Source of the DNA: Mobula hypostoma
Taxonomy: Eukaryota
Length of the DNA: 64,000 bases
Assembly: GCF_963921235.1 (NCBI RefSeq)
Contig: NC_086097.1
Coordinates: 159,776,001-159,840,000, forward strand
Direction of reading: 5' to 3'
The position numbers and the translations under genes are program-made. The notes under the pieces were generated by a model. It worked only from the letters and a program-made list of their open reading frames with translations, was not told where the DNA came from and ran no database searches. Below are positions 24,705 to 36,629 of this stretch, one piece after another; the stretch's first letter is position 1, and the number at the start of each line of letters is the position of its first letter.

Positions 24705-26945
24705 AAAACACGTGGAGAACAGAAGGATGACAAGAATGAAGGTGGGGCCACTAAAGGATAAAGAAGGCAACATGTTCTTGGAGGTGGAGGAGATTGGGGA
24801 GGTCCTAAATGAATACTTTGCTTCAGTATTCACAAGTGAAAAGGATCTTGATAGGGTGAGGCTGAAATAGAACAGACCTGTGTGTTGGACAATGTGGAGA
24901 TTAAGGAAGAAGAAGTGTTGGATCTTCTTAAAAACATCAAGATTGATAAGTCCCCAGGGCTGGATGTTATATACCCCAGGTTGCTGTGGGAAGTGAGAGA
25001 AGAGATTGCTGTAGCAGTAGCTATGATCTTTGAATTGTCTTTGGCTGTAGGGAAGGTGTCGGAAGTTCCCTTGTTTAAAAAAGGTAATAGGGAGAATCCT
25101 GGAAACTATAGACCAGTGAGTCTTATGTTGGTGGTCTACAAACTATTGGAATGGATTCTTAAGAGTAGGATCTACGAGCACTTGGAGAACTACAGTCTAC
25201 TCAAGGATAGTCAACATGGCTTTGTGAAGGGAAGGTCCAGCCTCACGAGCCTAATTGAGTTTTTTGAAGAGGTAACAACAGAAATTGATGAGGGTGGGGC
25301 GGTAGTTGTGGTCTACATGGATCTTAGCAAGGCACTTGACAAGGTCCCCCACAAGAGATTCATCCAGAAAGTCATGAGGAATGGGATCAGTGAAACCTTG
25401 GCTGTTTGGATAAAAAATTGGCCTACAGGAAGAAAGCAGAGAGTAGCAGTGGAAGGAAAGTATTCTGCCTGGAGGTTGGTGACTAGTGGAGTGCCGCAAG
25501 GATCTGTCTTGGGACCCCTGCTCTTTGTGATACAAAGATTGGAGGAGTTGTGGAAGGAGCTGTAGGTTGTCAAAGTTTACAAGAGGATATCGACAGGATG
25601 CAGAGTTGGGCAGAAAAGTGGCAGATGGAGTTCAATCCGGATAAGTGTGAGGTGATGCATTTTGGAAGAACAAACCAGAAGGCTGAGTGCAGGATTAATG
25701 GTCGGTTACTTAAGAGTGTGGATGAACGGAGGGACCTTGTGGTTCAAATCCATACATCCCCCAAGGTCGCTGCACAGGTTGATAGGATAGTTAACTGCGT
25801 AAATAAACTCCATACCTCTACATAAATGAAAAGAAACTTGCAATGCAGGGAATACTCAGGTCTGGAATTTATCATCAACAATCTTACAGTGGAGACCACA
25901 AGTTATTGATGGTTATCACAAAAAGTAAAACTAGAAAGTATTTAAAGTCTGATTCTGTCACTTTCTTGTTGAGTTTGTTTGGGAGTGAAAACATCCTGAT
26001 GAAGTGCCTGATCTGTAATTGGCTTTCATTAGATAAGATTAGGAACTGACGTTGCTTGAACAACACTAGTTGATTTTGTATCTCTGCTATTTCACACGTT
26101 AAGAGGCATTCAGAACACATAAAGCTATGGGTAGAAATAACAGTTAACAGCTGAAAAAATGGATTTGACAGACAAACACACACAAAATGCTGGAGGAACT
26201 CAGCAGTCCAAGCAGCATCTCTGGAAAAGAGAACGGTCGACATTTCAGGCCGAAACTTTTCAGCAGGACTCTTTCCATAGATGCTGCCTGGCCTGAATAG
26301 TTAAGAAGGCCTGTAAGATGCTAAGCTTTATTAATAGGGGGATTGAGTTCAAGAGTAGAGAGGTCATGTTGCAACTCTACAAATCTCTGGTGAGACCACA
26401 CTTAGAGTATTGTGTTCAGTTCTGGTCACCTCATTATAGGTAGGATGTGGAAGCTATGGAGAGTGGGCAGAGGAGATTTACCAGGACGTTGCCTGGATTG
26501 GAAAACAAGTCTTATGAAGCAAGGTTAGCAGAGCTGAGGTTTTTCTCTTTGGAGCATAGAAGGATGAGAGGGGACTTAATAGAGGTCTACAAGATTATGA
26601 GAGGCATAGATAGGGTGGATAGCCACTGTTTCCCAGGGCACGAATAGCAAACACCAGAGGGCATATGTACAAAGATAAGAGAGGGAAGTTTAGGGGAAAC
26701 ATCAGGGGTAAGTTTTTTACACAGAGAGTTGTGGGTGTCTGGAATGATTTGCCAGGGATGGTGGTGGAGGCTAAATCATTAGGAGTATTTAAGAGTCTCT
26801 TGGACAGGCACATGGATGAAAGAAAAATAGAGGGTTACGGGGTAGTGTGGGTTCAGTACGTCTTTTATAAGGAATATATGGGCCAGCACAACATTGAGGG
26901 CCGAAGGGTCTGTACTGTGCTGTAGTATTCTAGTGTCTAGTGTCT
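24705..26945 (+). mobile_element. 5'-truncated CR1 (ORF2 RT to 3' tail), interrupted at 25795-26296
   Basis: [41 protein letters not shown]; a deletion near 25528 removes the FADD motif; tail (tctagtg)n. Confidence 0.95.
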
Positions 26946-27554
26946 AATAATAAATCATGATTTGTAAGTGTAATATATTATGATCGTGTTTATCAAGAAT
27001 ATTATTTTCTTTGTCTATAGGTGGAATTTCATCTTCTAATTCAATAATGATGTTTTTCACAATGGCTTAAGAGTGTATCAAACTGTAATAACATCTTAAA
27101 ATATATAGAGGTTTTTGGTATTGTTATACTAAATTAAAACAAAACACTAAGGACTTTAGTTATAACAGATGCAAATTTAGATGGTTGTTGCTTTTCTAAG
27201 TCATTCTTCACAAACCTAGGGCAGGGACACATTATATTAACTAGGATACAAATACAGTATACTCTCAGCCATTAGGTATCCATGGGGATTGTACACATCA
27301 TCACATAAAGTGTCACATGTTCAAAGAGGACATTGCTGTTAATCAACCTATAATTACACTGTGCTTCTGCAGAAGGGCAACTGAGCCAAAAATGTCTTTT
27401 CACAATGATTTTGCATAACTCCTGAAATTAAATCCACTGTTTGAGCTTATTTTTTTGAATGTTTGCTAGTTCTGGATGTACAGGTTATCAGAAAAGCAAG
27501 AATTTACTGTAAGCTGATTTATGAAATTAACTGTTCTCCTTAATACATTAATGT

Positions 27555-28240
27555 TAAAGTTTTAGATTACGAGAACACTCAGTCCTCGTTTATTGTCATT
27601 TAGAAATGCATGCATGCATTAAGAAATGATACAATGTTCCTCCAGAGTGATATCACAGAAAAACAGGACAAAACAAAGACTGACACTGACAGAACCACAT
27701 AATTATACCATATAGTTACAGCAGTGCAAACCAATATGATAATTTGATAAAGAATAGACCATGGGCAAGGTAAAAAAAGTCTCAAAGTCCCGAGTCGATT
27801 GACTCCCGAGTCCCCGATAGCAGGCGGCAAAGGGAGGAACTCCCTGCCAGAAACCTCCAGGCATCAACAACTGCTGATGCATTGGAAGCACCCGACCACA
27901 GCCAACGCTGAGTCCGTCCATCTGAAAACTTCGAGCCTCCGACCAGCCCCTCCGATACAGTCTCCCAAGCATCATCCTCTGCCGATCACTTTTGACTTTG
28001 CCCGGCTGCCGAAACAAGCAAAGCCGAGAATTCGGGGCCTTCTCCTCCGGAGATTCTGGACCACACAGTAACAGCAGCAGCGAAGTGGGCATTTCAGAAG
28101 TTTCTCCAGATGTTCCTCCATACTCTCACATCTGCCTCCATCAAATCAGAATTGTGCACTGTCCCCTACTTGACAGATAACAGACATCACCACCGAAGTG
28201 GCCGCGCGCGCTGCGTCGCGCCGCCATCTTCTCCTCCTCC
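27555..28240 (-). mobile_element. Non-autonomous LINE-derived element (about 690 bp), CpG-rich head and Rex1-like tail
   Basis: 5' end ggaggaggagaagatggcggcgcgacgcagcgcgcgcggcc; 3' end aaatgacaataaacgagg like Rex1/Babar tails; no coding homology recognised. Confidence 0.7.
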
Positions 28241-28852
28241 TGATTCCACTCCTGTTATTGCTATCCAAAATACAAGAGTTGTGTTGCACTCTTGGTTTGA
28301 AGCTTACAAATAATGAAAAGGTTTCAAGCAGTGATGAAGCAAACCATTCTTAGGAGTGCACCCAGCCTTGACTCTCACAAATACAATTGGTAAAGTCTTA
28401 ATCAATGGTCACCCTGCAGGAAATTGGTAATCAGGGAATTTCTATTGATGGCACTACTGGAGAACAGGGTTTGAAAAACAGAACGGATTGTGTGAGATGA
28501 TCATTACCTGTCACTTAGATTGGGCAAGTAGTACCTGCCAATTTTCAATTTGATTAAATGTTAGTCAAGTGCTGCCTTAGGCTGGAGAATGCAACAATCG
28601 AGGAAGCTGTTTCATATGGGGAAGTTCCTGGCAAGCCTGTGTAAAATAGAGCAGGCTCAGGAAGGAAATAGTCAAAAAGTGCATTAGAGTTTGTTTTGGG
28701 CAGCCAGTGTTGAAATGACAAAGGTGAACAAAAGAGGAATGCTTAGAAAATTCCAGATCATATTACTAGAAACTGTTCTCCATCAGGAGGAAGAGGACAA
28801 CAAAGAGGTGGCTGTGGGAGGCTAGGGGATTGCTTTGAGTCAGTAAACTAAG

Positions 28853-31152
28853 TTCAAGGACTCATCATAGGATCTGAATGAATACATCATGGCCATATGG
28901 ACTTTATTAAAACAATCAGTGATGAGTATGCCCCACAAAACCTTTCAGTCTTCCCTAACCAGAGGTCCTAGATGAACCATGAGATCCACAATCTGCTGAG
29001 GGTCAGATCAGTGGCATTCCGTGCACGAAAAGAATGTGGAACCTTGCCTCAATAACTGTACATGCACAGTGATGAAGTGCTTCGAGAGGCTGGTGACGAA
29101 ACATGTCAACTCCTGCCTATGAAACAATTTGGATCTGCTCCAATTTGCCTAACAGCACAAAAGGTCCACCAGCAGATGATATCTCAATGTCCCTTCACCC
29201 AACTCTGGAACATCTGGACAGCAAAGATGCATACATCAGGATGATCTTTTGCAACTATAGCTCGGCATGCAATACCACCATCCCCTCAAAATTAATCATT
29301 AAGCTTCAGGTCCTAGGCCTCAATACTTCCTTGTATAGCTGGATGCTTGATTTTCTCATTTGCAGACCCCAGTCAGTTGGCAACAACATCTCCTCCACAA
29401 TGACCATCAGTACCAGTGCGCCACAAGGTTGTGTGCTTAGCCCCCTGCTCTGCTTGCGTTATACTGATGACTGTGAGGCTCAGCACAGCTCCAACACCAT
29501 ATTCAAGTTTGTGGATGACACCACTGTTGTTGGCCGAATCAAAGATGGTGACGAATCTGCATATAGGAGGAAGATTGAAAATCTGGCTGAGTGGCGCCAC
29601 AGCATCAACCTCTCACTCAGTGTCAGCAAGACCAATGAGCTGTTTATTGACTTCAGGAGGAGGAAACAGAGGGCCAAGAGCAGTCCTCACTGGGGGATCA
29701 GAGGTGGAGCGGGTTAGTAACTTTAAATTCCTCATTGTTATTACTTCAGAGAATCCATCCCGGGTCCAGTATGCAAGTGCGATTATAAAGAAAGCATGGC
29801 AACACCTCTACTTTCTTAAAAGTTTGCCAAGATCTGGCATGTCATCTAAAACATTGACAAACTTCTACAGATGTGTGGTGGAGAGTATATTGATGGTTGC
29901 ATCACAGCCTAGTATGGAAACACTAATGTCTTTGTATGGAAAGACAAAGAAGTAGTGGATACAGCTGATCCATCACGGGCAAAGCCCTCCCCTCCATTAA
30001 GCACATCTATATAGAACGCTGTCATAGGAAAGCAGCATCCATCATCAAGGACCCCATCATCCAAGCCATACAATCTTCTCACTGCTGCCATCAGGAAGAT
30101 GGTACAGGAGCCTCAGAACCCGCACCAAGAGGTTCAGGAACAGTTATTACCCCTCAACCATCATGCTCTTGAAGCAAAGGTGCTAACTTCACTGAACTTC
30201 ACTTGCCCCATCATTGAACTGTTCCCACAGCCTATAGACTCACTTTCAAGGACTCTTCATCCTCATGCTCTTGATATTTATTGTGTATTTATTTATTATA
30301 ATTTATTCTTTTTCTTGTGGTATTTGCAGTTTGTTGTTTTGTTTTTGCATCTCAGTTGTCTGTCCTGTTGGGTGCGATCTTTCATTGATCCTGTTGTGTT
30401 CAGGGTTGAGTATAGCGACATACACTTGGGAGTCCTCATGCAGGATACCCTTAAGGTTAACCTCCAGGTTGAGTCGGTGGTGAAGAAGGCGAATGCAATG
30501 TTGGCATTCATTTCTAGAGGAATACAGTATAGGAGCAGGGATGTGATGTTGAGGTTCTATAAGGCACTGGTAAGACCTCACTTGGAGTACTGTGGGCAGT
30601 TTGGGGCTCCTTATTTAAGAAGGGATGTACTGACATTGGAGAGGGTTCAGAGAAGATTCACTAGAATGATTCCAGGAATGAGAGGGTTAACATATGAGGA
30701 ACGTTTGACCGCTCTTAGACTGTGCTCCTTGGAGTTTAGAAGAATGAGGGGGGACCTCATAGAATGTTGAAAGGCATGGACAGAGTGGATGTGGCAAAGT
30801 TGTTTCCCATGCTGGGGGAGTCTAGTACGAGAGGGCATGACTTAAGGATTGAAGGGCTCCCATTCAGAACAGAGATGCGAAGAAATTTTTTAGTCAGAGG
30901 GTGGTGAATATGTGGAATTTGTTGTGGAGGCCAAGTCATTGGGTGTATTTAAGGCAGAGATTGAGTAGCGAGGGCATCAAAGGTTATGGTGAGAAGGCGG
31001 GGGAGTGGGACCTAATGGGAGAATAGATCAGCTCATGATAAAATGGCAGAGCGGACTTGATGGGCTGAATGGCCAACTTCTGCTCCTTTGTCTTATGGTC
31101 TTATGGTCTTAAAATGCACTTTGCTAATAACTTTACTTTGAACTTTGAACTT
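28853..31152 (+). mobile_element. Rex1/Babar LINE (RT to 3' tail) with a CR1 nested in its 3' UTR
   Basis: [40 protein letters not shown]; tail (actttga)n at 31133-31152. Confidence 0.9.
30427..31110 (+). mobile_element. CR1 3' part nested in Rex1
   Basis: VVKKANAMLAFISRGIQYRSRDVMLRFYKALVRPHLEYC; tail (tcttatgg)n. Confidence 0.95.
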
Positions 31153-32693
31153 TGTGCTAACTAATCATCACTAGTCTGGTCATCAATGTGACCTCTCCTC
31201 AGGAAGTGTTCCATGGACACATTGGAATATATTTGGTCCACCTGAATTGCACCTAGGGAAGCTGAACATCTTCATCCGGCTATTAGCAAACTCTGGTTCA
31301 TTATGCTGCCACTGGTACAGCATCTGATACTAATCAAATCAACTGTGATGGAAATAAAATACATCTTCCTCAAGCTAATAACTGATTCTCTGCCTCTTCT
31401 TTTCTCTTGTTCAAACCACATAACCCTTGAATATCTAGTTCAAAAACCAACAGGTCTCTGATTTGAGTATATTCAATGACCAAGTATTTAAAATCTTCTG
31501 AGCAAAGCATGACAAACATTTGGAGCCATCATCTCAGTCCTGCCTTGTATATTTCTTACCTATAATTTATGCCCTCCATCCAGAGGGACCAACCTTTCAG
31601 TATCTGCTCATCAAAGCAGAATGCTATATGTTTCAGTGCAAATACAATTTACTCTTCTAAACTCCAGAGAACTTAGGCAATCTTAATTAGCTTCAGCCCT
31701 CATCACAAGATGCAATCTGCTGAACACATTTGGAAATCTAAAAATGAAGTATTCTTTAGATACGAAGACTAATCTGCCCATTTCTCCATATCTGGTCTCA
31801 TCTCAGTTCTGTGAGATTACAAGAAAACTTTCTTAGCACTAGTCCCTTGCCATGAAGACCAAAGTACTTATTTGCTTCTTAATTTTTTGCTGTACATACA
31901 TTCATTTACTGAATCAATAGTGCAAGACCCTACTGTACACCAACATTTATCAGTTCTCATTTGTATCATATCTGAGTAGTTCTGGTGTAAGGTTATCCAT
32001 CCACAATATTAACTCAAAGTTACTCTTTCCATGGACAATATCTGATATGCTGGGTACTTCCAATCTTCACTTTTTGTTTTTGTTTTTGTTTTTAGAATTC
32101 AACAATAACTCTGACCTCTATTTGCACTATCATTTTTTTTTACTGTTCAGCAGAAGCTTCGTAAAATGGACAAACCTTGATCCCACCCTATCCTAGACTT
32201 TCTCTTTGTCCTACCCATCCCTCCACACCTCTCTTTGCAAGTTAAAACTAGAACATGTTTTTATTTTCCCAGTTCTGATAAGTGTTTTGGTCTGAAATGT
32301 AAAGTGTTGACCTGCGGAGGGTTTTCAACACTTTCTTTTGCTACAGATTCCCAACAGTTGTTTTTTGATTTTCATTTACGAGCTTCTTGCTATTAATATA
32401 AAACTATATTTCTATTCTTCTTACCAAAATGAAAAACAGCATTTTTATCCAAATTACAAATCATGGGTCACAATTTACCCATTGATCTAGTCTGTCTACA
32501 TATCTTTAAAGAATATTTGCAGCTTGTTGGAGATCAGTGCTCCACCCAACTTTGTAAAATCATTGTTAGTTCCAGAAAGTGCATTTATGAAAGGCACAGC
32601 AAAAGACAGTTTGAGTGTGTAAATATGGTCAAAAATCTAGTGTTTGATTTCAAAGAATGATTACCATAAACCACTTAGATGGTACCTTATAGC

Positions 32694-32938
32694 CAATGTT
32701 CCCTCTAAGGTGTGCATGATTGTACACAATCACATTTCTCTCCCCGGTTTCAGATGTGGACAGTGTTGATAACATGGAGTTTGTGATAATTTGTCTGCAG
32801 ATTTTAGAGCTAGCTTGTTAATACTGTTTTTTTATTGAAGAAATTATACAGTGTGCACACGTTGTTGTCACTGAGCAAAGAATTGCACAGCACACAATTT
32901 TTGCACATGCTGGTCATTACAAATTAGAGGGAACATTG
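32694..32938. mobile_element. 245-bp hAT-type MITE
   Basis: Perfect 15-bp TIR caatgttccctctaa / ttagagggaacattg; 8-bp TSD cttatagc (32686-32693) / cttgtagc (32939-32946). Confidence 0.9.
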
Positions 32939-34900
32939 CTTGTAGCAGTGACATTTAAAGCTGAGAAAAAAGTCATGCGTTTCTTGAACACCATTTTGCT
33001 GTATCCATTTGAATCATCCTGAACCCTAACTGCAGAAAATTTCCTTTACTCAAGTACACTGCTTAATACAATTTGTAACTCTTGACAAACTTAGTTTCTA
33101 TGTGAACAGTCCCTTTAGCACAATCTTTAAAACTGCCTGTTAAAAATGTTATTCATGACCCAAGGCATGACAGACAGCCCTGTCAAAAATGTTAAAACCT
33201 AAAAGAATTATAAGTCATTACCAAACAATGAGTGACAACTTATTAGTAATTTTGAATCATGAATTATGGAAATAAGAAAGAGTTGACAGCTTTCACTGTG
33301 GTGCTTTGTACAGACCATTTCAGTAACACCAGTAATGGACTCATTGCAGTCAGCCAAGCGAGAGGAAAAGATCTAATTTAGTGACCCCTGAGGGATATAT
33401 TTTTACAAGTAGTTTACTCCCAGCAGACAATACTGATACACAGCTTCAGTAAGAACACTGCATACCTAGCAGGATTTTAGGAACGAGAGTTCATAAAATC
33501 ACAGAAATGTATGGCAATGAAGGAAAGCCATTCAGCCTACTGTATCCAAATCAGGCAATAGTCATTGTTCGAGGAGTTGGTCCTTCTAACCACTGGTGCT
33601 GCAAACCTGTCTGATAAAATTACATTTTCTCCTTTCACCACTAATACTTTAGCTAACAATTAAAAGACATACAGAATGCTTTCTGTAGATTGGCTTCATA
33701 AGAATTTTGTAGGGCCAATTGTCTCAGTGACAAAATAACAAGACATTTAAGCCAAAGGTCTGCAAAAACCGTGAATATTTTCACCTGAACTAGCCATCAA
33801 CATAGAAGGTAAGATTGTGAGATAAATGAATTAGATATTCAAATACTCATCTTATTAGGATGAATTCTTGGGTTGTTGGCCTTAAACACTATACTTAATT
33901 TACCTAGCAAATTCAAAATGACATTGGAAAACTGTTGAATTGATAACTTTAAATCAGAGCTTTGCATATAAATCAAAAGCAACATAATGGCAATGCTGGA
34001 AATCCAAACTAAAACAGAAAATCTTGGAAATATAGAGAAGGCAGGGCAGCATTTGTGATGAGAGGGTTTATTAGAATTTTAATTGCAGAGCAAACAATTC
34101 AAATAAATGTTAATTTTTATTTATTTTTAAATACACCTTTTCCTAGTGATTAGATTAAATAATAGTTTAAGAATTTGCATTATCAATAGTTATAAAGTGA
34201 ATACTTAACTTGGTTACATAACTTTCTGATTCTCATGAAAGCATTAACACTTGGAAAATATAATAGATTAAGGGAGTCAATAAAATAATGGATTGTAATT
34301 TGATATATTTGACATAAATAACCCAGTCTTTTCCTCTTGGCCCATTTTCAAAATAAAATGGACCAAACCTTATACATATGGCTTAAAGAAATACACTAAA
34401 AACAGAAATAACATTACGCAGAGCCTCATCCTCCTTGCAGAAAAATAATTACTTTTGAAGATGCACGCATATACTGCTGACTTTGTTGTGTTAGAATCCT
34501 ACAATAGTGTTTTCTGAAATTCTGCATTTATTGTTCCATGTTTTAGTCATGTTGTTTTACACACAATATACATCTATGCCATACAGAACTGAAGCAGTGT
34601 TGAGGTCATAATTAACCATTAATGTATCTTTCTTAATTTCTCTATAAATCTGTCATAAGGGGTCTGCATTCCCCATGCTCATGAATTCAGGCATACTTAT
34701 CATATCATATTTCAATACTATGTGCAGTGGTAGTTGGATTTGCATTTTTAGCTGTTACCACTATAGAGTCCGTGTAAAATTGTTACTACATGCACCCAAC
34801 TGCAGCATCTTCCAGGGTTTAGACGTTCTAACTCTCTGGAATATGGATGGCTGGTGTGGCCGTAATAGATACAGAACCATCCTGCTAGAAAGTTTTTTTA

Positions 34901-35359
34901 GTCAGTAGGCTTATAGTAGACATCAGTGGATAAGCTGTCTCCAGAGACAGAGACAGAAAGATCTAGAAAGGGGAGGGAGGTGTCGGAAATGGACCAGGTA
35001 AACTTGAGGGCAGGGTGAAAGTTGGAGGCAAAGTTAATAAAGTCAACGAGTTCTGCACGCGTGCAGGAAGCAGCGCCAACACAGTCGTCGATGTAGCGAA
35101 GGAAAAGTGGGGGACAGATACCAGAATAGGCACGGAACATAGATTGTTCCAGAAACCCAACAAAAAGGCAGGTATAGCTAGGACCCATACGGGTGCCCAT
35201 AGCTACACCTTTAGTTTGGAGGAAGTGGGAGGAGCCAAAGGAGAAATTATTAAGAGTAAGGACTAATTTCGCTAGACAGAGCAGAGTGGTGGTAGAGGGG
35301 AACTGATTAGGTCTGGAATCCAAAAAGAAGCGTAGAGCTTTGAGACCTTCCTGATGGGG
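34901..35359 (-). pseudogene. PLE reverse transcriptase core (inverted segment, no stop codons)
   Basis: PHQEGLKALRFFLDSRPNQ...RYIDDCVG...DVYYKPTD. Confidence 0.95.
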
Positions 35360-35364
35360 GACCT

Positions 35365-36231
35365 TCTCACAGCTATCTGGACTATTCCTCTTCTCGCCCT
35401 GTCTCTTGCAAAAACGCCATCCCCTTCTCGCAATTCCTCCGTCTCCGCCGCATCTGCTCTCAGGATGAGGCTTTTCATTCTAGGACAAGGGAGATGTCTT
35501 CCGTTTTTAAAGAAAGGGGCTTCCCTTCCTCCCCTATCAACTCTGATCTTAAATGCATCTCCCCCATTTCACATACATCTGCTCTCACTCCATCCTCCCG
35601 CCACCCCACTAGGAATAGGGTTCTCCTGGTCCTCACCTACCACCCCACCAGCCTCCGGGTCCAACATATTATTCTCCGTAACTTCCACCTCCTCCAACGG
35701 GATCCCACCACTAAGCACATCTTTCCCCCCCCCCCTGCATTCCGCAGGGATCGCTCCCTACACAACTCCCTTGTCCATTCGTCCCCCCCATCCCTCCCCA
35801 CTGATCTCCCTCCTGGCACTTATCCGTGTAAGCGGAACAAGTGCTACACATGCCCTTACACTTCCTCCCTTACCACCATTCAGGGCCCCAAACAGTCCTT
35901 CCAGGTGAGGCAACACTTCACCTGTGAGTTGACTAGGGTGATATACTGCGTCCGGTGCTCCCGATGTGGCCTTTTATATATTGGCGAGACCCGACGCAGA
36001 CTGGGAGACCGCTTTGCTGAACATCTACGCTCTGTCCGCCAGAGAAAGCAGGATCTCCCAGTGGCCACACATTTTAATTCCACATCCCATTCCCATTCTG
36101 ACATGTCTATCCACGGCCTCCTCTACTGTAAAGATGAAGCCACACTCAGGTTGGAGGAACAACACCTTATATTCCGTCTGGGTAGCCTCCAACCTGATGG
36201 CATGAACATTGACTTCTCTAACTTTCGCTAG
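35365..36231 (+). pseudogene. PLE RT thumb, Cys linker and GIY-YIG endonuclease (no stop codons)
   Basis: The frame is open from SHSYLDYSSS at 35365 into the listed 245-aa ORF, ending QPDGMNIDFSNFR. Confidence 0.95.
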
Positions 36232-36524
36232 GCCCCACCTCCCCCTCGTACCCCATCTGTTACTTATTTTTATGCACACATTCTTTCTCTCACTCTCCTT
36301 TTTCTCCCTCTGTCCCTCTGAATATACCTCTTGCCCATCCTCTGGGTTCCCCCCTCCTTGTCTTTCTTCCCGGACCTCCTGTCCCATGATCCTCTCGTAT
36401 CCCCTTTTGCCTATCACCTGTCCAGCTCTTGGCTCTATCCCTCCCCCTCCTGTCTTCTCCTATCATTTTGGATCTTCCTCCCCCCCTCCAACTTTCAAAT
36501 CCCTTACTCACTCTTCCTTCAGTT

Positions 36525-36560
36525 AGTCCTGACGAAAGGTCTCGGCCTGAAACGTCGACT
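36525..36560 (+). ncRNA. Minimal type I hammerhead ribozyme motif in the PLE 3' region
   Basis: AGTC-CTGACGA-A-AGG-tctcgg-CCT-GAAAC-GTC-GACT: helix I AGTC/GACT, core CUGANGA and GAAA, helix II AGG/CCT, palindromic ACGT helix III, GUC cleavage triplet. Confidence 0.8.
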
Positions 36561-36629
36561 GTACCTCTTCCTAGAGATGCTGCTTGGCCTGCTGCGTTCA
36601 CCAGCAACTTTGATGTGTGCTGCTAGTTA

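Larger units (their letters stand above)
34889..36619 (+). mobile_element. Young Neptune-type Penelope-like element with an inverted 5' segment (34901-35361 on -, 35365-36619 on +)
   Basis: RT GVAMGTRMGPSY, FLRYIDD, LPFLDL on -; thumb, Cys-rich linker CKRNKCYTC and GIY-YIG (VIYCVRCSRCGLLYIGETRRRL..RFAEH) on +. Confidence 0.95.

Noticed and set aside
30099..30770. 223-aa ORF as a novel chimeric protein
   Set aside because: Chance read-through from a Rex1 3' UTR into a nested CR1 ORF2 fragment
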